A stretch of DNA of 64,000 nucleotides from assembly GCA_964016885.1 (NCBI GenBank), contig OZ024743.1, forward strand, positions 64,666,001-64,730,000. The letters are read 5' to 3'. The translations under genes were made by a program, and so were the position numbers. Origin of the DNA: Eledone cirrhosa. Its lineage: Eukaryota. Positions 56,415-64,000 of the stretch are shown here, one piece after another. Position 1 is the first letter of the stretch; each line of letters opens with the position of its first letter. The notes beneath the pieces are model-generated. The model had not been told where the DNA came from. It did not search any database and worked only from the letters and a program-made list of their open reading frames with translations.

Positions 56415-57613
56415 CAGGAGAACATGATATGAAGGCTAAAAAAACACTTGTTGATAGTGTAGTTTTAAATCAACATATGAAAAGTGGTTTTAGATTGATG
56501 TGTGATATTGGGAAAAATATTTTATTTAGAGAGGGGGGGAGAGAAAAGGATGAAAAGGGAAGGAGATGAGAGGGAGAGATGGGTGATAGAGAGAAAGAGA
56601 TAGTTTTTATAACTGAGAGGAGATATATTTTATATAGAGGGGTTGAAAACCGTTGGAAGATACTGTATAAATTAAAAATTTTGAAAATTAACGAAGGGAG
56701 GATATGTGCGAGGAAAAAATATATTATATTTAGGGAGGGGGGGGTGGAAAGGATGAAAAAAAGGGGAGGAGATGAGAGTGAAGGTGGAAAGGGAGAGATG
56801 GGTGATAGAGAGAAAGAGATAGTTTTTATAACTGAGAAAAAGATATAATGTTTTAATATAGAGAGGTTGGGAACCGTTGGAAGATAATGTATAAATTAAA
56901 GGAATTTGAAAATTAACGAAGGGAAATTATGTATGAAGATAGAGAGAAAAAAATAATAATTGTGGGTGAATATTCTAACGTCAAAAGAAGAAATGTAGGA
57001 ATTTTAAAATTAGCAAAGAGAAAAAGTTTATGTGTAGAAGGATTTGAGAAAAATAATGTGAAGTTAAAGTTTGTATATTGAATTCATATGTATTAATAAT
57101 GAGTTCGTTGATGGGGAGAAAAAAATAATAATAAATTAAGGATGAAATTGAGATTAAAAAGATTTATGATAGAGAGAAAAAATAATAATGATTGCGGATG
57201 AATACTCAAAATGTCAAAAACAAATGTTATTGTTTTACGAGGAGATAGAATGAGGGTGATGAGTAAACGAGTATTATAGAGTGTATAATGCCCTTTAAAG
57301 TAAGGTAGATGGGTATATTTTAAAGAATATATGAGTATATATTAAAAAAAAATATATAATAATAAATTAAGGATGAAATTGAGATTAAAAAGATTTATGA
57401 TAGAGGGAAAAAAATAATAATGATTGCGGATGAATATTCAAAATGTCAAAAACAAATGTTATTGTTTTACGAGAAGATAGGATGAGGGTAATGAGTAAAC
57501 GAGTATTATAGAGTGTATAATGCCCTTTAAAGTAAGGTAGATGGGTATATTTTAAAGAGGTGTATGTATATGTGCCTTTGAGAAAAGATTCTAAATTGAT
57601 AAAGAATTGAATA

Positions 57614-60016
57614 TTAACTGTATACTTTGTGAAAAGTTCTATGGAATTTATGCAGGCAGATGGAAAACAAATCCGAGCGTCTATTTATTATGGATTCTAG
57701 GTTAGAGATAATGGTAAATTTTTCATTTAGGCAGAGATTACAGATTTTAGATAGAGAGCTGTTCAAGTACGAGGATGCAGAAGAAATCTTTTTCCAAAAG
57801 ATGTTATATTTAATGTTTTTGTCTTTTAAGGACCATATGAGTTCTGAGAGAGCAGTGTTAGTTCTTTTAAGTTTGTATTTGAAAGATGAATGATGATTAT
57901 AGAGACGAGCTTTAAAAGAGGTGGAAGTGGAGCCAAAATAGGTGAAGGAATTGGTGCTAGTTATAATTTTACATTCATAAATTAAGTTTTTATCGAGGCA
58001 ATGGTTGTTGAGAGGACATTTATTTTTAATGCGGCAGTTGCAATTAGAGAGATTATTAATGAGTGATCTAGTGTTATCTATAGAAGGAATTGGAATGGAG
58101 AAGTTGTTTGCGATAGGAATAATAGGAATAATAGTTTCTTGATTTAGAGTTGGATTATGAACATTTAGCGAAGTTGTGTTTGACGTTGCATTTGGGTTTA
58201 GAGAAGTTAGCCTAGGGTTTATAATGACGTCAGGAGTACTATTATTGTTATTATGAAATTCAATATTGGAAGGAAGAGATTTAGTATTTAATATTTTGTT
58301 GTTGTGTTTAGAGATGATGTTGGAAATATTGGAGGATGTAGAATACGAAAATTTGATGGTGTGTTTGTTAAATATTTTACTATAGATATGTGAGGGAGGG
58401 AAGCATTTATTTAAGGCACTAAAAAATAATTTAGGAATATTGTTATTAATAGAGATGGAGAAAGGAGCATTATACCAGATTATGTTTTTGTATCTAGGTC
58501 TTTTATTAAAATTATTGGAATGGTTATGATTAAATATTCTACTGTAAGTTTTCCTAGAATTTGTTTCTTTATTATATTTGATTTTATCTGGATAGCCGGC
58601 TTTAGAAAGTGCGTTATTATAGTAATTGGCGTTAGCATCAAAGATGTTTTTATTAGAAGATATGTTAGATATTCTATTTCCAATATTATTAACTATAGCA
58701 TTCTTGATATTGGTAGGATGGTTAGATTTAAAGTTAACATAATTAAGATTCTCATTGTTTTTATGGTAAGGGTAATATAGGCCAGTGTCAAGATTAAGAG
58801 ATACATCCAAGAAATTAGCTAGTTTGGTACTATTATCAAATTCAATTTTTAGGTTATGTTGGTTAAAGAGATTACGTATATTGTTCTTAATAATATTAAG
58901 TTTAACTATATTGCAATTTAGGATAGTAAAGAGTCCATCGTCACGATAAATTCCACCGCGAAGTTGAGGAATTTTCCGACTCAGAGAGTTCAAAATGAAG
59001 ATACCAATTAAATCAGTCAATTGGGATGAATCGGATGCTCCCATTGTGATGTCGAAGTTGTTAGAGGTATCGGCTCTGGTCCAATATTCGTTGTTGAACT
59101 CTAGGATGGTTTTACGTGCGGTGAGGATGATGTGAAGTTCATCTGTGGTGATGTCAGAATATTTAAGTGCGAAAGATAGAGCATTATTGAGAAGTGAAGG
59201 CGAAATGGAGGAATAGTAGCTGGCAATATCGAATTGAATAAATTTTAGTTTGTTTTTATTATCCAATTTGTTGAACCAGCCAATCACTTCAGAAGTACCA
59301 AACCATAAATTTAGGTTTAAAGAAGAGCAATTAGAACTAACCTGTGGGATAATCCTATCCAAGATGGCTTTACTAACAACCCCCAGATCAGATTTAGAGG
59401 GGGCGATTAATCTAACAGGTAGTTCAGTGCGAAAATTGTTTTTGTGATCCTTGAGATTTATCCTCGGAGTTCTTGGGAGGAATGGTTCGGTCTTTTTTTC
59501 AATGCCAAGTTTTGACATAATCTCATAGGCTTCAAGGTTTATGCATTCTAAATTTTCATGGTTGGTTTTACGATACTTTTTCCTAAGTTCCTTTAGGATA
59601 AGGTTGTTATAATTATCCTTGGAAATACCATATAGGTTATTGGTTTTGTCAGAGTGGACTAAAACATTTTTTGAGGAATTTAGGTTAGAGATTGTGTTCT
59701 TGAGATTTACAAGGTGCTCTTGTCCTTTGTAAGGGTATCTCTTGAATTTAAGATTTTTTATAATTTTAGTTAATTCTTCCTCGAATTGTGCTAGATTTTT
59801 GTTGGAAGGAGGATTTCGTCTGGAATTAAAAAGATGATCGAGGAAGTTGTGTTCTTTGGTATGAAAGTTCCCTTTTAGGCGCTGGTCATAGAAATAGGCT
59901 GTCCATCTAAGTCTTCTTACGAAGGAGTCGGTTTTTTCAATAAGAAGTTTGGTGAATTCAGATTTACCAGGTATAGGAATGTCTTTAGTAGAATTGGTTA
60001 TGTTGTAATAATCCAT
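57614..60016 (-). CDS. PLE reverse transcriptase + C-terminal GIY-YIG endonuclease (800 aa from ATG 60016)
   Basis: KDIPIP..RRLRW; SDKTNN; FDIASYY; ITMGA; IYRDDGL; NFLDV; CNCRxxxxCPL..LIY..YFGST..FKARLYNH; CNLCLNEK. The YRDD/CxC layout suggests the Hydra-type PLE clade (inference). Confidence 0.93.
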   Translation of the reverse strand: MDYYNITNSTKDIPIPGKSEFTKLLIEKTDSFVRRLRWTAYFYDQRLKGNFHTKEHNFLDHLFNSRRNPPSNKNLAQFEEELTKIIKNLKFKRYPYKGQEHLVNLKNTISNLNSSKNVLVHSDKTNNLYGISKDNYNNLILKELRKKYRKTNHENLECINLEAYEIMSKLGIEKKTEPFLPRTPRINLKDHKNNFRTELPVRLIAPSKSDLGVVSKAILDRIIPQVSSNCSSLNLNLWFGTSEVIGWFNKLDNKNKLKFIQFDIASYYSSISPSLLNNALSFALKYSDITTDELHIILTARKTILEFNNEYWTRADTSNNFDITMGASDSSQLTDLIGIFILNSLSRKIPQLRGGIYRDDGLFTILNCNIVKLNIIKNNIRNLFNQHNLKIEFDNSTKLANFLDVSLNLDTGLYYPYHKNNENLNYVNFKSNHPTNIKNAIVNNIGNRISNISSNKNIFDANANYYNNALSKAGYPDKIKYNKETNSRKTYSRIFNHNHSNNFNKRPRYKNIIWYNAPFSISINNNIPKLFFSALNKCFPPSHIYSKIFNKHTIKFSYSTSSNISNIISKHNNKILNTKSLPSNIEFHNNNNSTPDVIINPRLTSLNPNATSNTTSLNVHNPTLNQETIIPIIPIANNFSIPIPSIDNTRSLINNLSNCNCRIKNKCPLNNHCLDKNLIYECKIITSTNSFTYFGSTSTSFKARLYNHHSSFKYKLKRTNTALSELIWSLKDKNIKYNIFWKKISSASSYLNSSLSKICNLCLNEKFTIISNLESIINRRSDLFSICLHKFHRTFHKVYS

Positions 60017-60188
60017 GTTGTAGAAGAAGAGGTGAAGGACCATCAAAAGGTATCCAATATGAGAGTAAGCGCTCAACCGTTAAGGAGCAAGTTAATGTAG
60101 GAGGTGAGTTTTATTGTAGTACAATAAAGCAATGCAGATATCGGATAAGAAGCACTCTACAGTTTGTGGGACTGGAGTATGCATAATA

Positions 60189-61094
60189 TTGAACAGCTCT
60201 CTATCTAAAATCTGTAATCTCTGCCTAAATGAAAAATTTACCATTATCTCTAACCTAGAATCCATAATAAATAGACGCTCGGATTTGTTTTCCATCTGCC
60301 TGCATAAATTCCATAGAACTTTTCACAAAGTATACAGTTAATATTCAATTCTTTATCAATTTAGAATCTTTTCTCAAAGGCACATATACATACACCTCTT
60401 TAAAATATACCCATCTACCTTACTTTAAAGGGCATTATACACTCTATAATACTCGTTTACTCATTACCCTCATCCTATCTTCTCGTAAAACAATAACATT
60501 TGTTTTTGACATTTTGAATATTCATCCGCAATCATTATTATTTTTTTCCCTCTATCATAAATCTTTTTAATCTCAATTTCATCCTTAATTTATTATTATA
60601 TATTTTTTTTAATATATACTCATATATTCTTTAAAATATACCCATCTACCTTACTTTAAAGGGCATTATACACTCTATAATACTCGTTTACTCATCACCC
60701 TCATTCTATCTCCTCGTAAAACAATAACATTTGTTTTTGACATTTTGAATATTCATCCGCAATCATTATTATTTTTTTCCCTCTATCATAAATCTTTTTA
60801 ATCTCAATTTCATCCTTAATTTATTATTATATATTTTTTTTAATATATACTCATATATTCTTTAAAATATACCCATCTACCTTACTTTAAAGGGCATTAT
60901 ACACTCTATAATACTCGTTTACTCATCACCCTCATTCTATCTCCTCGTAAAACAATAACATTTGTTTTTGATATTTTGAGTATTCATCCGCAATCATTAT
61001 TATTTTTTCTCTCTATCATAAATCTTTTTAATCTCAATTTCATCCTTAATTTATTATTATTTTTTTCTCCCCATCAACGAACTCATTATTAATA
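60189..61094 (+). repeat. Pseudo-LTR-like partial PLE 3' end (ORF tail + three 231-bp units), truncated before the HHR
   Basis: Matches 63588 onward and reverse complement of ~57090-57765; units start at 60400, 60631, 60862. Confidence 0.9.
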
Positions 61095-61337
61095 GACATG
61101 AAAAATGCGCAAGCTCAAAAGTGCCACAGAATGTTATAATAAACCTTCAAAAGTGTGGGACTAGAGTTGTTGCTAAAAAATATTGTAATCATTATATATC
61201 GTACATTCTGTGGCATCCTTTATAAAAATAGCTTAAACCAACGAAGCCTTTATTTTTACGCTATTTCACTTAGTTAATTCTTAGAGTGTAACATATAAAA
61301 ATATGATTTACAACTATAAAATAAATTAATTAATATA

Positions 61338-63740
61338 ATGGATTATTACAACATAACCAATTCTACTAAAGACATTCCTATACCTGGTAAATCTGAATTC
61401 ACCAAACTTCTTATTGAAAAAACCGACTCCTTCGTAAGAAGACTTAGATGGACAGCCTATTTCTATGACCAGCGCCTAAAAGGGAACTTTCATACCAAAG
61501 AACACAACTTCCTCGATCATCTTTTTAATTCCAGACGAAATCCTCCTTCCAACAAAAATCTAGCACAATTCGAGGAAGAATTAACTAAAATTATAAAAAA
61601 TCTTAAATTCAAGAGATACCCTTACAAAGGACAAGAGCACCTTGTAAATCTCAAGAACACAATCTCTAACCTAAATTCCTCAAAAAATGTTTTAGTCCAC
61701 TCTGACAAAACCAATAACCTATATGGTATTTCCAAGGATAATTATAACAACCTTATCCTAAAGGAACTTAGGAAAAAGTATCGTAAAACCAACCATGAAA
61801 ATTTAGAATGCATAAACCTTGAAGCCTATGAGATTATGTCAAAACTTGGCATTGAAAAAAAGACCGAACCATTCCTCCCAAGAACTCCGAGGATAAATCT
61901 CAAGGATCACAAAAACAATTTTCGCACTGAACTACCTGTTAGATTAATCGCCCCCTCTAAATCTGATCTGGGGGTTGTTAGTAAAGCCATCTTGGATAGG
62001 ATTATCCCACAGGTTAGTTCTAATTGCTCTTCTTTAAACCTAAATTTATGGTTTGGTACTTCTGAAGTGATTGGCTGGTTCAACAAATTGGATAATAAAA
62101 ACAAACTAAAATTTATTCAATTCGATATTGCCAGCTACTATTCCTCCATTTCGCCTTCACTTCTCAATAATGCTCTATCTTTCGCACTTAAATATTCTGA
62201 CATCACCACAGATGAACTTCACATCATCCTCACCGCACGTAAAACCATCCTAGAGTTCAACAACGAATATTGGACCAGAGCCGATACCTCTAACAACTTC
62301 GACATCACAATGGGAGCATCCGATTCATCCCAATTGACTGATTTAATTGGTATCTTCATTTTGAACTCTCTGAGTCGGAAAATTCCTCAACTTCGCGGTG
62401 GAATTTATCGTGACGATGGACTCTTTACTATCCTAAATTGCAATATAGTTAAACTTAATATTATTAAGAACAATATACGTAATCTCTTTAACCAACATAA
62501 CCTAAAAATTGAATTTGATAATAGTACCAAACTAGCTAATTTCTTGGATGTATCTCTTAATCTTGACACTGGCCTATATTACCCTTACCATAAAAACAAT
62601 GAGAATCTTAATTATGTTAACTTTAAATCTAACCATCCTACCAATATCAAGAATGCTATAGTTAATAATATTGGAAATAGAATATCTAACATATCTTCTA
62701 ATAAAAACATCTTTGATGCTAACGCCAATTACTATAATAACGCACTTTCTAAAGCCGGCTATCCAGATAAAATCAAATATAATAAAGAAACAAATTCTAG
62801 GAAAACTTACAGTAGAATATTTAATCATAACCATTCCAATAATTTTAATAAAAGACCTAGATACAAAAACATAATCTGGTATAATGCTCCTTTCTCCATC
62901 TCTATTAATAACAATATTCCTAAATTATTTTTTAGTGCCTTAAATAAATGCTTCCCTCCCTCACATATCTATAGTAAAATATTTAACAAACACACCATCA
63001 AATTTTCGTATTCTACATCCTCCAATATTTCCAACATCATCTCTAAACACAACAACAAAATATTAAATACTAAATCTCTTCCTTCCAATATTGAATTTCA
63101 TAATAACAATAATAGTACTCCTGACGTCATTATAAACCCTAGGCTAACTTCTCTAAACCCAAATGCAACGTCAAACACAACTTCGCTAAATGTTCATAAT
63201 CCAACTCTAAATCAAGAAACTATTATTCCTATTATTCCTATCGCAAACAACTTCTCCAATCCAATTCCTTCTATAGATAACACTAGATCACTCATTAATA
63301 ATCTCTCTAATTGCAACTGCCGCATTAAAAATAAATGTCCTCTCAACAACCATTGCCTCGATAAAAACTTAATTTATGAATGTAAAATTATAACTAGCAC
63401 CAATTCCTTCACCTATTTTGGCTCCACTTCCACCTCTTTTAAAGCTCGTCTCTATAATCATCATTCATCTTTCAAATACAAACTTAAAAGAACTAACACT
63501 GCTCTCTCAGAACTCATATGGTCCTTAAAAGACAAAAACATTAAATATAACATCTTTTGGAAAAAGATTTCTTCTGCATCCTCGTACTTGAACAGCTCTC
63601 TATCTAAAATCTGTAATCTCTGCCTAAATGAAAAATTTACCATTATCTCTAACCTAGAATCCATAATAAATAGACGCTCGGATTTGTTTTCCATCTGCCT
63701 GCATAAATTCCATAGAACTTTTCACAAAGTATACAGTTAA
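61338..63740 (+). CDS. PLE reverse transcriptase + C-terminal GIY-YIG endonuclease (800 aa), second intact copy
   Basis: Same protein as 57614-60016 except one visible change (FSIPIP vs FSNPIP); 3' region continues past 64000. Confidence 0.93.
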   Translation: MDYYNITNSTKDIPIPGKSEFTKLLIEKTDSFVRRLRWTAYFYDQRLKGNFHTKEHNFLDHLFNSRRNPPSNKNLAQFEEELTKIIKNLKFKRYPYKGQEHLVNLKNTISNLNSSKNVLVHSDKTNNLYGISKDNYNNLILKELRKKYRKTNHENLECINLEAYEIMSKLGIEKKTEPFLPRTPRINLKDHKNNFRTELPVRLIAPSKSDLGVVSKAILDRIIPQVSSNCSSLNLNLWFGTSEVIGWFNKLDNKNKLKFIQFDIASYYSSISPSLLNNALSFALKYSDITTDELHIILTARKTILEFNNEYWTRADTSNNFDITMGASDSSQLTDLIGIFILNSLSRKIPQLRGGIYRDDGLFTILNCNIVKLNIIKNNIRNLFNQHNLKIEFDNSTKLANFLDVSLNLDTGLYYPYHKNNENLNYVNFKSNHPTNIKNAIVNNIGNRISNISSNKNIFDANANYYNNALSKAGYPDKIKYNKETNSRKTYSRIFNHNHSNNFNKRPRYKNIIWYNAPFSISINNNIPKLFFSALNKCFPPSHIYSKIFNKHTIKFSYSTSSNISNIISKHNNKILNTKSLPSNIEFHNNNNSTPDVIINPRLTSLNPNATSNTTSLNVHNPTLNQETIIPIIPIANNFSNPIPSIDNTRSLINNLSNCNCRIKNKCPLNNHCLDKNLIYECKIITSTNSFTYFGSTSTSFKARLYNHHSSFKYKLKRTNTALSELIWSLKDKNIKYNIFWKKISSASSYLNSSLSKICNLCLNEKFTIISNLESIINRRSDLFSICLHKFHRTFHKVYS

Positions 63741-64000
63741 TATTCAATTCTTTATCAATTTAGAATCTTTTCTCAAAGGCACATATACATACACCTCTTT
63801 AAAATATACCCATCTACCTTACTTTAAAGGGCATTATACACTCTATAATACTCGTTTACTCATTACCCTCATCCTATCTTCTCGTAAAACAATAACATTT
63901 GTTTTTGACATTTTGAATATTCATCCGCAATCATTATTATTTTTTTCCCTCTATCATAAATCTTTTTAATCTCAATTTCATCCTTAATTTATTATTATAT

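Larger units (their letters stand above)
56315..60016 (-). mobile_element. Penelope-like element with full ORF and ~1.3-kb 3' region
   Basis: Intact RT-GIY-YIG ORF; 3' region with 231-bp tandem repeats and terminal HHR; (TA)n flank. Confidence 0.93.

Noticed and set aside
60017-60076. 20-aa N-terminal extension of the minus PLE ORF (820 aa)
   Set aside because: Starts at TTG, is absent from the plus copy, and the shared protein begins at MDYY

Overview
Eukaryotic, AT-rich DNA that is almost entirely repeats. The tRNA-derived SINE families and TA/CA microsatellite density suggest an invertebrate, probably a cephalopod/octopus (inference only). No host gene can be called confidently; one candidate terminal exon lies at about 43.9 kb. 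The window holds a 35-bp satellite, a degenerate Chapaev3-type DNA transposon, RTE, R4/Dong-like (RLE), Tx1 and CRE-like non-LTR retrotransposons, Helitron ends, MITEs and many SINEs. The highlight is a very young Penelope-like element (PLE; RT plus C-terminal GIY-YIG) cluster at 54.6-64 kb. It has two intact, near-identical ORFs head-to-head, each joined exactly at the ATG to a different, unrelated leader, plus tandem 3' ends carrying minimal hammerhead ribozymes. By eye I find about seven different hammerhead (HHR) families in the window. These include a retrozyme-like 677-bp unit and a 450-bp palindrome with an HHR on each strand. Element families appear to partition by microsatellite: PLE in (TA)n, Dong and Tx1 in (TAA)n, RTE and a second RLE family in (TACA)n. 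Most short ORFs in the track are microsatellite artefacts. All calls come from motif reading only; no database search or folding computation was run.
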